The translations under genes and the position numbers were made by a program. Shown here piece after piece: positions 9,532 to 18,754 of a stretch of 64,000 nt of DNA. Origin of the DNA: an uncultured virus (IMG/VR IMGVR_UViG_3300031975_000839). Taxonomy: Duplodnaviria; Heunggongvirae; Uroviricota; Caudoviricetes. Under the pieces are notes generated by a model. The model saw only the letters and a program-made list of their open reading frames with translations. It did not search any database and had not been told where the DNA came from. The number at the start of each line of letters is the position of its first letter. Positions within the stretch are counted from its first letter, which is position 1. Location of the stretch: the IMG/VR virus record IMGVR_UViG_3300031975_000839, one strand, 5' to 3'.

Positions 9532-10026
9532 CTAAACTTTTACACCCCATTTTTTTGCTAGTTCTTCTTTTGAAATAGAGCCTTGTTGGTCTACTTCTTT
9601 TTTATGTTCTTCATATGCTTCAACATCATCATCAGTTATCGTATTTTTTGATTCAAGTAATTTTATCTGATTCATATTATCTTCAAGAATATTATCAACT
9701 AGCATTGGTATTTCATTTAATACCATTTTCATACCCTGTCCACTTTTCATCATAGAGTCTATTTTTTCTTCCATCTCTACTTGAAGTAATGCTTTTGCAA
9801 CAGATGGACTCATTTTATTATCCTCTAATAATGGAAGTTTGTTTTGTAAAAAATCATCTATTTTATTTTTATATTCTATTTCAAGAAGTGCTTTAGCAGT
9901 TTTTTCAATTCTTCTTTTTTTCTCTTGTAACTTTTCTACTATCGCATCTTTTTGTCTGCGTTTTTCAGTTGCCTCTTGAACTTCTTTAATTAGTTCTGGG
10001 TCACTTGAACTTTTAGTAAAAGCCAT
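9532..10026 (-). CDS. Hypothetical helical/coiled-coil protein
   Basis: 164-aa ORF with AGGAG RBS; internal repeat AKALLEIE/AKALLQVE. Confidence 0.6.
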   Translation of the reverse strand: MAFTKSSSDPELIKEVQEATEKRRQKDAIVEKLQEKKRRIEKTAKALLEIEYKNKIDDFLQNKLPLLEDNKMSPSVAKALLQVEMEEKIDSMMKSGQGMKMVLNEIPMLVDNILEDNMNQIKLLESKNTITDDDVEAYEEHKKEVDQQGSISKEELAKKWGVKV

Positions 10027-10053
10027 AAAATCAATCTCCTAAAAATAACAATC

Positions 10054-10083
10054 ATTATATAATAAAAAAGGGATTGATGTCAA
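10054..10083 (-). promoter_or_regulatory. Sigma70-type promoter overlapping the hsp20 terminator
   Basis: TTGACA-18 bp-TATAAT on the minus strand. Confidence 0.65.
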
Positions 10084-10092
10084 CCCCTTTTT
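10064..10092 (-). terminator. Rho-independent terminator after hsp20
   Basis: AAAAGGGGTTGA-CA-TCAATCCCTTTTTT hairpin with U tract. Confidence 0.7.
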
Positions 10093-10107
10093 CACATTTT
10101 CCAAAAA

Positions 10108-10542
10108 TTATTTTATATCAATAAGTCTTGGTTTTTTTTCTTCAGGAATAACTTGTTCTAAATGAATATTCAGAAGTCCATTCTCAAGTTTCGCATCATT
10201 TACTACAATGTCATCAGCAAGTGTAAACTTGCGAACAAATTTACGATACGAAATGCCACGATGCACAATAGAATCATCTGCATCATTTTCTTTTACAGAA
10301 CGAACAGTAAGTGTTCCATTCGCAACTTCAATTTCAACATCTTTCTTACCAAAACCAGCAAGAGCCATTTCTATAACATAATTATAATCACCATCTTTGC
10401 GAATGTTATATGGTGGGAAGCCTGTAGAAGATAGGTTATTTGATGTATAGTCTGTTAATCTATCAAAGACTCTATCAAAGCCTACAGCGTATGGTGTGAG
10501 TTGATTGAAATTATCAAATAATGTAAGTGCTTTTGTATTCAT
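10108..10542 (-). CDS. hsp20: Small heat-shock protein Hsp20 (IbpA-like)
   Basis: FPPYNI, IEMALAGF, HRGIS.RKF.RKFTL, LENGLL. Confidence 0.95.
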   Translation of the reverse strand: MNTKALTLFDNFNQLTPYAVGFDRVFDRLTDYTSNNLSSTGFPPYNIRKDGDYNYVIEMALAGFGKKDVEIEVANGTLTVRSVKENDADDSIVHRGISYRKFVRKFTLADDIVVNDAKLENGLLNIHLEQVIPEEKKPRLIDIK

Positions 10543-10601
10543 AAGTTTTCTCCTTTATTAAGCAAGATTAAAAAAAAGTGAACCCTTTCGGCGTTCACTC
10601 T
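10543..10601 (-). promoter_or_regulatory. Candidate ROSE-like RNA thermometer in the hsp20 5' UTR
   Basis: GAAA-tetraloop hairpin followed by UCUUGCUU-AAUA-AAGGAGA, which pairs over the SD with a bulged G. Confidence 0.55.
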
Positions 10602-10609
10602 TATTTATA
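10602..10609 (-). promoter_or_regulatory. Late promoter TATAAATA
   Basis: Exact motif upstream of the hsp20 leader. Confidence 0.7.
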
Positions 10610-10610
10610 C

Positions 10611-10637
10611 AAAAAGTGCGATTTAACTCGCACTTTT
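10611..10637 (-). terminator. Rho-independent terminator after the CobS-like gene
   Basis: AAAAGTGCGA...TCGCACTTTTT hairpin. Confidence 0.75.
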
Positions 10638-10653
10638 CATAATTATTTACAAA

Positions 10654-11826
10654 TTAATTATTATCAGCATTATCCTCTGTGTCGTTTTCTTCTAGTGGAT
10701 TAACACCAGCATCAATCTTGGTATATAAATCCATGAAAGACTCTTTTGTGTCATCATCAAATCTTGCAACACATAATTCAATAGACTTCATTTTATCACC
10801 AAAGATTGCATAAGCCTTAGCAATGTGGTCAAGTCGTCTAGTTGAAATCAACTCATCAACTCCACCATCAAAAAATGTCTTACGAATTACCTCTGTCCAA
10901 GTAACTAAATTGTCTGCAAAGTCCTCATCAACTTTACCATACTTTGACATAGAACCTAAAACAATTTTTTTCTCAACAGTAGTAGATGGATAAGGCTGCT
11001 CAATCGTAATCGCAAATCTCTCAAGAAATGCCTCGTTAAGAATATTAGTTCCAATAAATCTACCATCTTCAGAACCTTTACCTTTAGTGTTTGCAGTAGC
11101 AATCACATTAAAACCATCTTTAGGAGTAACCCACTTATTTACTTTTTTAAGGTAAACACCCTTACCCTCAAGAACAGGCTGAAGTGAAAGTAATTTGTTA
11201 GATCCTAAATCACACTCATCAAGAAGAAGTGTGCAACCTCTTTCCATTGCCTCAATGACTGGGCCTGGAACAAATTTAGTTTCACCATTAACAAGTCTAA
11301 ACCCACCAAGCAAATCGTCCTCATCAGTTTCAATAGTGATGTTAACTCTAATCAACTCTTTTTTCATTTGTGCGTGAATTTGTTCTACCATCAAAGTTTT
11401 ACCATTACCTGATAAACCAGTAATGAAAACTGGATAAAACATTTTAGATTGAATAATCTTTTTTAGTGTTGAGTGATGGCCCCAAGAAACGAATCCGTCA
11501 AAAACACTAGGAATTAAATTTTGATTTTCCATGTTTGTACCCATAACTAAATTAACAGCAGTCTGAACTGGTGTTTCAACTTGTGGAACTACTGAAGCTG
11601 GAGTAGAAACTTTTTTAGGTTTGCTCACTTTTGAAACTAAAACTTCAGATGGTAATTTAAAACTACCATTCTCCAAAACTTGAATTTTTGATGTTTGATA
11701 AATGTGTCCAATACCAATCGCTCTCTTAATTTTTTTAAGAATAGACTTGACTTGATTTTCGTTAATGGTAGAACCAGAACCATATTCTGAAACTGCCTCT
11801 GAAATAAAATGTTCTATTGCTTTCAT
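10654..11826 (-). CDS. cobS: CobS/MoxR-like AAA+ ATPase
   Basis: GLSGNGKT Walker A, LLLDECD Walker B, ATANTKGKG, NEAFLERF. Confidence 0.9.
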   Translation of the reverse strand: MKAIEHFISEAVSEYGSGSTINENQVKSILKKIKRAIGIGHIYQTSKIQVLENGSFKLPSEVLVSKVSKPKKVSTPASVVPQVETPVQTAVNLVMGTNMENQNLIPSVFDGFVSWGHHSTLKKIIQSKMFYPVFITGLSGNGKTLMVEQIHAQMKKELIRVNITIETDEDDLLGGFRLVNGETKFVPGPVIEAMERGCTLLLDECDLGSNKLLSLQPVLEGKGVYLKKVNKWVTPKDGFNVIATANTKGKGSEDGRFIGTNILNEAFLERFAITIEQPYPSTTVEKKIVLGSMSKYGKVDEDFADNLVTWTEVIRKTFFDGGVDELISTRRLDHIAKAYAIFGDKMKSIELCVARFDDDTKESFMDLYTKIDAGVNPLEENDTEDNADNN

Positions 11827-11865
11827 AAAAACCTCATAATGTAGTTAAAATCAATTTATAATATA

Positions 11866-11894
11866 ATTGTAATCTAAAATGGTAGCTATGTCAA
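11866..11894 (-). promoter_or_regulatory. Sigma70-type early promoter
   Basis: TTGACA-17 bp-TACAAT. Confidence 0.8.
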
Positions 11895-11904
11895 TAGTTT
11901 TTTT

Positions 11905-11936
11905 AAAAAAAGATTTCTTTAAAATCAATGACTTAC
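11905..11936. repeat. 32-bp dispersed repeat, copy 1 (upstream of the cobS promoter)
   Basis: aaaaaaagatttctttaaaatcaatgacttac; 29/32 identical to 14245-14276. Confidence 0.7.
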
Positions 11937-14164
11937 GCAACCATTTTAACAAATTTGTTAAGAACTGGTCTGTTTAACAACTTACCATTATTCATTTTAC
12001 TAAATGCTCTCTTAATCTCAGCCTTACTTGCACCAGCTTCAACATTTAAATCAGAGTTCAACTCTAATTTTTTAGTGCCTGGTAAAATGTAAAACTCATC
12101 ATAACCTTTAGATTTTGCAACAAGAACATTTTCTTTTTTAAGAATATTTCTTAACTCTTTAAACTTTTCAGTTTCATAACAATTGATATCAAACTTTTCT
12201 TCAAGAACTCTTTGGTCTATTCTACCACTTTTGCCTGTTCCAGCAATGAAGAATCCAACAATATTCATACTAGGAACTCTTTTCTTTAGCAAAGACAAAA
12301 GCATAGGTGTTTGATAATCATAACCATAATGGCCCTTTACTTTTTTAGGGAAGGCTCTGTTATTTGTAGCACTATCAGTTATTACATATTTAGTGTCACC
12401 CCTAACATAATAACCTTCACTATGTATTTTAACACCATTAAAGTTTTCCTCTTTCACATGGCGGTAATACCTATATAAACGATTACCATGCCCATCAGTT
12501 AAAAATACTGTGTTAACTTTTTCTACACCAGTATCTTTTTTAAAATTAGGAACAATATCTAAAGCACAAATAATTGCCTCGTTTAGTGGTGTTGATCCTA
12601 AATGAAGTTCATGTGGTATTGATGGTGGCCAGTAACCTAAATTTCTACAAGTTTGTCTATCGTACGCAAAACATATTTTTAGCATATGTTTCATCATTTT
12701 AGATTGGTCTTTCTTTTTCATTTTACTTGACAGAAAATTGAGTAACCTAAGATTAGATATATCTAATTCACCATGATTAGCTGACTGAACTTTTTCTTGC
12801 ATTTCCTCATCAGCTCTACAATCTATCCTATTCCAATTACTAGTAAAAGCATAAACCTCAAATGGAATCTTAACACGATTGCAAAACCATACAAGGTTAA
12901 ATAATTGTTTCATAGTGCCTGCGAGATTTTCTGCCATTGAACCTGACCAATCTAAAAACATAACCATACCATGATTAGTTGCACCAGGCAAGTTAGTTAC
13001 TTTTGCAAACAAATCATCATTGAATTTATAAGTATGTAATTTACTCATATCAAGTGAGCCTGTTTTAGAAACTGAAGCACGAGCATATTGACTTGCAGCC
13101 TTCTTCATTTCAAATTCTTTAACTAAATAAGAAACTACTTTTTTACTTGAATTTTCTACTTTAGAAAACTCATCATCAATGACACTATCCCAAACACTAC
13201 TATCATCAATATTACTAGAAGCTGCACTAAAAATTTTATCAGATGAAATAATTATCTTATCTAAATTAATTTTTGGTGTTTTAAGATAAGTTCTATCTTC
13301 AGCATTTTTATCTCGTAGTCCATCAAGTGATTTACTGTAAGTGTTATCTGTTTTAGCAACTATTGGTTTATTATCATAACTATCACTACCATACTTACCA
13401 TTACTTTTTACCTCAACTTTTTCTTCTTCAGATTCTGAAACAGTTTCGTCTTGAGTAATTTTGTTTAATCTCTCATCAATGTCTTTTTCTTCTGTTTCAT
13501 TTTGTGAGTCATCAGAATTATTAGAATCATTTTGAGATTGTGTTTTTATTTCAACTTTTTCAGTATCGCCTTCTTCATTACCTTGCTGTGGAGCATAAGA
13601 AGGCTGTTGCTCTTGTTCTTGAGATTCTTCCTCTTGACTTTGATAGTCATATAATTCTTCTGCAAGATTTAAAACATCATCAGGTGTTTTAGTGTTTGCA
13701 ACTCTATCAACCCATACTTGCTCGTCATTTGAAAAAGGAACATTAGGAACATTTTTAAAGTAAAGATTAATTCTATCAATCAATCCTAACTTTGAAATAT
13801 CTTTTCCCTTTATGTCAAAGAAATCTTTTGCGTCTAATTCAGTATAACCTTTTTTGAAAGAATATTTTGAGCCAAGATACTTGTTTTGAATTAATCTCTC
13901 AATACGAGCATCTTCAATCACATTAACAAAACTAAATTCAATCTTGCGTTCTTTTGCCTCTTTTAGCATTGACAATGGTGTATATAACGCATGACCTACT
14001 TCATGTAGTGTTAACATATCTTGAACTGGTTTGGACATATCTTTCCAAATAGGTAAAACTAATTCTCTAGTTTCTACATTGAAAGAAGCAGTTTCTACTT
14101 GTTTATGAATAACAAATAAATCTTCTTCAGCAAGTAATTTTGCGAGAGTAGAATTATCTTTCAT
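11933..14164 (-). CDS. CobT-like protein: N-terminal HExxH metallopeptidase-like domain, acidic linker, C-terminal VWA domain
   Basis: LHEVGHALYT, NVIEDARIE, MIDAS DWSGS, TPLNEA, FLTDG. Confidence 0.85.
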   Translation of the reverse strand: MKDNSTLAKLLAEEDLFVIHKQVETASFNVETRELVLPIWKDMSKPVQDMLTLHEVGHALYTPLSMLKEAKERKIEFSFVNVIEDARIERLIQNKYLGSKYSFKKGYTELDAKDFFDIKGKDISKLGLIDRINLYFKNVPNVPFSNDEQVWVDRVANTKTPDDVLNLAEELYDYQSQEEESQEQEQQPSYAPQQGNEEGDTEKVEIKTQSQNDSNNSDDSQNETEEKDIDERLNKITQDETVSESEEEKVEVKSNGKYGSDSYDNKPIVAKTDNTYSKSLDGLRDKNAEDRTYLKTPKINLDKIIISSDKIFSAASSNIDDSSVWDSVIDDEFSKVENSSKKVVSYLVKEFEMKKAASQYARASVSKTGSLDMSKLHTYKFNDDLFAKVTNLPGATNHGMVMFLDWSGSMAENLAGTMKQLFNLVWFCNRVKIPFEVYAFTSNWNRIDCRADEEMQEKVQSANHGELDISNLRLLNFLSSKMKKKDQSKMMKHMLKICFAYDRQTCRNLGYWPPSIPHELHLGSTPLNEAIICALDIVPNFKKDTGVEKVNTVFLTDGHGNRLYRYYRHVKEENFNGVKIHSEGYYVRGDTKYVITDSATNNRAFPKKVKGHYGYDYQTPMLLSLLKKRVPSMNIVGFFIAGTGKSGRIDQRVLEEKFDINCYETEKFKELRNILKKENVLVAKSKGYDEFYILPGTKKLELNSDLNVEAGASKAEIKRAFSKMNNGKLLNRPVLNKFVKMVA

Positions 14165-14195
14165 AGTTTTTGCCTTATTTGTTAGTGATATGGTA

Positions 14196-14224
14196 ATTAT
14201 GGACTATTACTATATATTTGTCAA
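14196..14224 (-). promoter_or_regulatory. Sigma70-type early promoter
   Basis: TTGACA-17 bp-CATAAT. Confidence 0.7.
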
Positions 14225-14244
14225 GTGATTTTACACAAAAAGAC

Positions 14245-14276
14245 AAAAAAAGAATTGTTTAAAATCAAGGACTTAC
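14245..14276. repeat. 32-bp dispersed repeat, copy 2 (upstream of the CobT-like promoter)
   Basis: aaaaaaagaattgtttaaaatcaaggacttac; part of it also forms an inverted repeat with 14284-14293. Confidence 0.7.
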
Positions 14277-14804
14277 TGTAAACCCTTGATTTTCTTGATA
14301 TTTTTCTGCTCGTTTTTTAACCTTTTTAAGTCTTTTTAGAGCCATATTGAGTTTTAAATTGCTTACTTTTTGTGTAAAATCTGTGCCTTCCATATGGTCA
14401 TATTCATGCTGGAATACTCTACACTCTAAACCAAACATTGCTTTTTTGTGCAATTCACCTTTTTCATCTTCATAAGAAACTTCAATTCCATCAGGTCTAC
14501 TTACCTTTAACCACAAGCCTGGATAGGATAAACACCCCTCGTCCATTACAGTTTTTTTGTTTGATACTGATAATATCTTTGGATTAAAGCACGCAATAAT
14601 TTCTCTTTCTTTTACATTTGAGTACATTACAAATACTCTTTCCATAAAACCAATTTGATTTGCAGATAATCCAATCCCTTGAAAATTTTTCATACTATCA
14701 ATCAAATCCTCTTTGATTTTATCTCTATCAATTTCATCACTACATTTTTCAATTGGTATTTTTAGCATTGGGTGTGTTGATTCTATTAATTTGTATACTG
14801 ACAT
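14265..14804 (-). CDS. def: Peptide deformylase
   Basis: GIGLSANQIG, EGCLS, QHEYDH motifs. Confidence 0.95.
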   Translation of the reverse strand: MSVYKLIESTHPMLKIPIEKCSDEIDRDKIKEDLIDSMKNFQGIGLSANQIGFMERVFVMYSNVKEREIIACFNPKILSVSNKKTVMDEGCLSYPGLWLKVSRPDGIEVSYEDEKGELHKKAMFGLECRVFQHEYDHMEGTDFTQKVSNLKLNMALKRLKKVKKRAEKYQENQGFTVSP

Positions 14805-16258
14805 TATTTCATAAACTCCTCTAATGGTGATGTTACTTTAATTCTTACACTTGCAATTTCATAATATTTCTTTTCTTTTTCAATTCCTATAAAATCAAAA
14901 CTTTCATCTTTTGCAGCCATACCAGTTGAGCCACTTCCCATAAATGGGTCTAATACTGTACCACCTTTTGGTGTTACAAGTCTGCAAAGATATTTCATCA
15001 ATTTAATAGGTTTTACTGTTGGGTGTATATTTTTCCTCTCTGTTACAAATCTATCAGTAACATCATTATCTATTTTAGAATCTTTCATATCATGTGCATT
15101 TCTACGACCAGGCATACTTGATGCTTTCTTTATTGGTAAATTATCCAATCCTTGATCTCTTTCCGACTTTGATGCTTTTGCACAATAGAAGTATCTTGAT
15201 GCATCTCCACTATCCTCATATTCTATTGTATATTGTAAAGATTTCATTCCAGAATTATTATTTGTCCAAACTTTATCATCTTTTCTAGGTTGTCGGTTTA
15301 CTGCTTTTCTTTTTACATTCCGAGTCTGACCAAAACTTAATTTGTCAATACCTATATTTTCTTTAGATTGTTTGCCTTGGTCACGAAAATCTGGATTAGT
15401 ATCTGGATATTTTGCTTTACCCTTTGTGCCAGTTTTTGGGAATATGTCTTTCATAACATCACTACCATCGTGAATTACATTTGCTGGGAATCTACCATCT
15501 TTAGTTCTTTCTTTTATTTCTTCTGGTGTAATTTTTCTTATTTTGAATGTGTTAGTATCTTGATAACCTTTTCCACCGCCACCAGTTTTATGCCACCCAC
15601 TTCTGTCATTTTCATTTGCATATTCAACTCTACACTCATCAATATTAATACCACCAGTTCCATGTTTCAATACATTATCTGCAACAGTCTTTTCTGATAT
15701 TGGTTTTCTTGCCATTACGATTGGTTCATGTGCAGGCTTAAGGTGTGTTCCCCAACCATCCCAATTTCTACCATCTCCAGTTGCAAAATCATATTCTTTT
15801 GTTTTTGTAGTTCTATAAAAAGTGTCAATATCGTTTCTAGTATTACCTTCAATTTTTTCTCTTTTTACACCATGCATTTCAGAAGAGCTATCTTTTGTTC
15901 CATGACGAACACCTCTATGAATTTTATCTATATTTTTTCCAATATTCATACTCTTTGGAAATCCACTTCCATAAATCCACATAATCTGATCTCTGATTTC
16001 AAAACCAGCATCTTCTATTGCAACGGCCATTCTATGGTAAGTTCTACTTCCAGAAAATGCAAGAAGATGTCCGCCAGGTTTCAATAATTGAAATGCAAGT
16101 TCCCATGTTTCTTTCTGGAACGCTATTCCTGTTGAATCCCAACCCTTACCCATGAATCCAAGTTCGTAAGGTGGATCTGTAACAACGGAATCTACCTGAA
16201 CACCATCATCAATAAGTTTTTTCATTTCTTGAATACAATCACCATTAAGTAATAACAT
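14804..16258 (-). CDS. Beta-class N6-adenine/N4-cytosine DNA methyltransferase
   Basis: N-terminal TDPPY, C-terminal HPTVKP...LDPFMGSGSTG. Confidence 0.9.
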   Translation of the reverse strand: MLLLNGDCIQEMKKLIDDGVQVDSVVTDPPYELGFMGKGWDSTGIAFQKETWELAFQLLKPGGHLLAFSGSRTYHRMAVAIEDAGFEIRDQIMWIYGSGFPKSMNIGKNIDKIHRGVRHGTKDSSSEMHGVKREKIEGNTRNDIDTFYRTTKTKEYDFATGDGRNWDGWGTHLKPAHEPIVMARKPISEKTVADNVLKHGTGGINIDECRVEYANENDRSGWHKTGGGGKGYQDTNTFKIRKITPEEIKERTKDGRFPANVIHDGSDVMKDIFPKTGTKGKAKYPDTNPDFRDQGKQSKENIGIDKLSFGQTRNVKRKAVNRQPRKDDKVWTNNNSGMKSLQYTIEYEDSGDASRYFYCAKASKSERDQGLDNLPIKKASSMPGRRNAHDMKDSKIDNDVTDRFVTERKNIHPTVKPIKLMKYLCRLVTPKGGTVLDPFMGSGSTGMAAKDESFDFIGIEKEKKYYEIASVRIKVTSPLEEFMK

Positions 16259-17954
16259 GACTAAAATTCCTCACTTTCTCAAATTTAATTGTGCTTCTAA
16301 ATTTATCAACTAATGTATCTTGTTTATGACTAATTACAAATACATTCTCATCTTCAAGAGTGTTTAATATTTTAAGGAACTCATCTGTTCCAGCACCATC
16401 AAGTGAACTATCAAATATTTCATCAAGTATAAGTAAATTAGTATTAACACTATTTTTCATCTTTGCAATTGCTCTCCATGTGAATAGAAGTGCAAGGTCA
16501 ATTCTCATTTTCTCACCCTCACTAAATGATGCATAATTAAACTCATCTCTATGCCTTGACTTAATAGTTTCAGTAAAGTTTTCATCTAATGTAAAGTTTA
16601 CATAAAAATCCATAGAGTTAAGATACTTGTTGATTAATTTATTCATTATAGGTAGATACTGCTTAATTACTTTTGTTTTAATGCCAGTATCTTGTAGTAT
16701 AGCACGAGCTGCATCAGAATATGATTTTTCTTCTTTTAGAGATTTTCTTTGCACCTCTATTGAATCTGAATTATTTTTAAGTTCAGTTAATTTTTCTATA
16801 TCACTATCACTCACACTATTTGTATTAAATGAATCAATCTCTACTTGTAACTTAACATTAAATTTTTCTAGTTGATTTATTGATGCATTTAACTCTGCAA
16901 GTTTTACTTGGTTTTTTCTAATTGTTTCACTTGCATTTACTATTTCAGAAAATCTAGTTTCCAACTTATTATTTTCTATTTCAAGTTTATCTAATCCATC
17001 TTTTAATTTATCTATGGCTTCTTTTTTTTCTTTAATCATTTTTTCTTTAAATGATTTTTCAATCTCTTGCTTACAAGTAGGACACTCAGTATACTTTTCA
17101 AAAAACTTCATTGTCTTACTGTGTGTTTTATGTTTTTCTTTTATTGTTGTCTGATAGTTTTGCAACTCTGTTTTTTTTGTTTCAATATCACTTTTATCAG
17201 ATATACTTTTTAATAGATTATCACTTTCAGTAGTAACTTTATTTCTCTCATTTGTTTTATTTGTTATTTCTTTTTTATTTGTATTAATTGAGTTTGTTTT
17301 TTGTTCTATAATCTTATCTTTATTTTTCTTTAAATCATCAATATGATTTTCTTGTAAATTAATTTTTTCTGTAATTAAATTAAAATTATAATCTACTTCT
17401 TTTATTTCATCTTGCAATGTTTTAATATTTTGTTTAAGCAATAAATTCATAATAGAAAAAATTTGTATATCAAGTATTTCTTCAACAACTTCTCTACGAT
17501 GTGTTGACTTCAGTTGCATAAATGGAACAAAAGTAGAACTACCAAGTATAACTACTTGTGTAAATGAACGATAATTAAGTTTGAGTATTTGTTGCTCTAA
17601 TATTTTTTGATAATCACGAACACTAGCTTCTTGGTTTAGCATATTATCATTTAAATAAATTTCAAACTTATTTGGTTTGATACCTCGTATCACTTTGTAG
17701 TTTTTACTTGCAATACTAAACTCAATCTCAACCATAGTTGAGCCACCATTAATTGAATTAACAAGTTGACTTTTACTAATGACACGAAATGGTTTTCCAA
17801 ACAAACCAAAACATAGTGCATCAAGAATTGTAGACTTACCAGCACCATTTTCACCTATAATGAGTGTAGTAGGATTTCTATTTAATTGTATCTCTGTAAA
17901 ATTATTTCCAGTTGACAGAAAGTTTTTCCATCTCACACTTTTAAAATTTATCAT
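16245..17954 (-). CDS. gp46: Recombination exonuclease ATPase subunit (Rad50/SbcC-like)
   Basis: GENGAGKST, CPTC zinc hook, FSEGEK, LILDEIFDSSLD. Confidence 0.95.
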   Translation of the reverse strand: MINFKSVRWKNFLSTGNNFTEIQLNRNPTTLIIGENGAGKSTILDALCFGLFGKPFRVISKSQLVNSINGGSTMVEIEFSIASKNYKVIRGIKPNKFEIYLNDNMLNQEASVRDYQKILEQQILKLNYRSFTQVVILGSSTFVPFMQLKSTHRREVVEEILDIQIFSIMNLLLKQNIKTLQDEIKEVDYNFNLITEKINLQENHIDDLKKNKDKIIEQKTNSINTNKKEITNKTNERNKVTTESDNLLKSISDKSDIETKKTELQNYQTTIKEKHKTHSKTMKFFEKYTECPTCKQEIEKSFKEKMIKEKKEAIDKLKDGLDKLEIENNKLETRFSEIVNASETIRKNQVKLAELNASINQLEKFNVKLQVEIDSFNTNSVSDSDIEKLTELKNNSDSIEVQRKSLKEEKSYSDAARAILQDTGIKTKVIKQYLPIMNKLINKYLNSMDFYVNFTLDENFTETIKSRHRDEFNYASFSEGEKMRIDLALLFTWRAIAKMKNSVNTNLLILDEIFDSSLDGAGTDEFLKILNTLEDENVFVISHKQDTLVDKFRSTIKFEKVRNFSHVIT

Positions 17955-18754
17955 ATAAATTCTTCCAATGTTGCAGTTCCATATTTTTCTGATACTTTGT
18001 TTATATTACTAGAATTATGTTGTTTAATATTACCATCTATGAAAGGTATATTATTTGTAAATGTGTATTCTGTTTCGCCAGGTTTTTTTATTTTCCATTG
18101 TAAGTCTTTATCTTTTGGATAATTTATTGTCCATTCCATAGTAGAGTTTTTTAAATACTTTTTAGATTTTTTGTTTATTGGATAAATGTATCTAAACTGT
18201 TTACCCCATACTCTAGTAAAACCTAACTCACCCATTTTTTTATCATTTGGTCTTGGGCCATACTTTGTATCATCTCTACCCATTTCTTTTTTCATTTTTC
18301 TTTGAATAGTCCTAAAGTGAACTTTTTCTCCACTTTCACTTAAATATATGTCTGTCCAAATAAACCCACCATATAAAAAATTAGCAGCTTGATAAACATA
18401 ACCAGGCTTTCCTACAATTCCATCTGCCCATGTGTAAAGATATTTTATTTCTGGTGTGTTTTCTTTTATCCACTTAATAGTTAAACTCTGCATTTGTGAT
18501 TCACTATTTCGTGGCATTTTTTCGTCCATACACATTTTACCTATTTCATAATAATCTGATGTGGTTAAATCTGGAAACATTTTACGAATAGTTCCCATAG
18601 GATTAGTTCCCCACCCTAATGTTAATACACCAACAAGTTCATCATTAACATATGCACCAAGATAGTGTTTAGTTAACTTTGGCATAACTGCACTATAATG
18701 TCTTTGTTGAACAAAGAGTGTTGCAACTCTCCAATCCACTTTTTTAATTATCAA
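17951..18754 (-). CDS. Mom-like (GNAT-fold) DNA modification protein
   Basis: QRHYS...VGVLTLG...EIGKMC...RNSES...TWADG...GYVYQAANFLY resembles the Mu Mom family. Confidence 0.7.
   Translation of the reverse strand: MIIKKVDWRVATLFVQQRHYSAVMPKLTKHYLGAYVNDELVGVLTLGWGTNPMGTIRKMFPDLTTSDYYEIGKMCMDEKMPRNSESQMQSLTIKWIKENTPEIKYLYTWADGIVGKPGYVYQAANFLYGGFIWTDIYLSESGEKVHFRTIQRKMKKEMGRDDTKYGPRPNDKKMGELGFTRVWGKQFRYIYPINKKSKKYLKNSTMEWTINYPKDKDLQWKIKKPGETEYTFTNNIPFIDGNIKQHNSSNINKVSEKYGTATLEEFI

Noticed and set aside
10654..14164. CobS/CobT as cobalamin-biosynthesis auxiliary metabolic genes
   Set aside because: No CobN or other cob genes are present; the MoxR AAA plus VWA pair is a common T4-like module more consistent with a chaperone role
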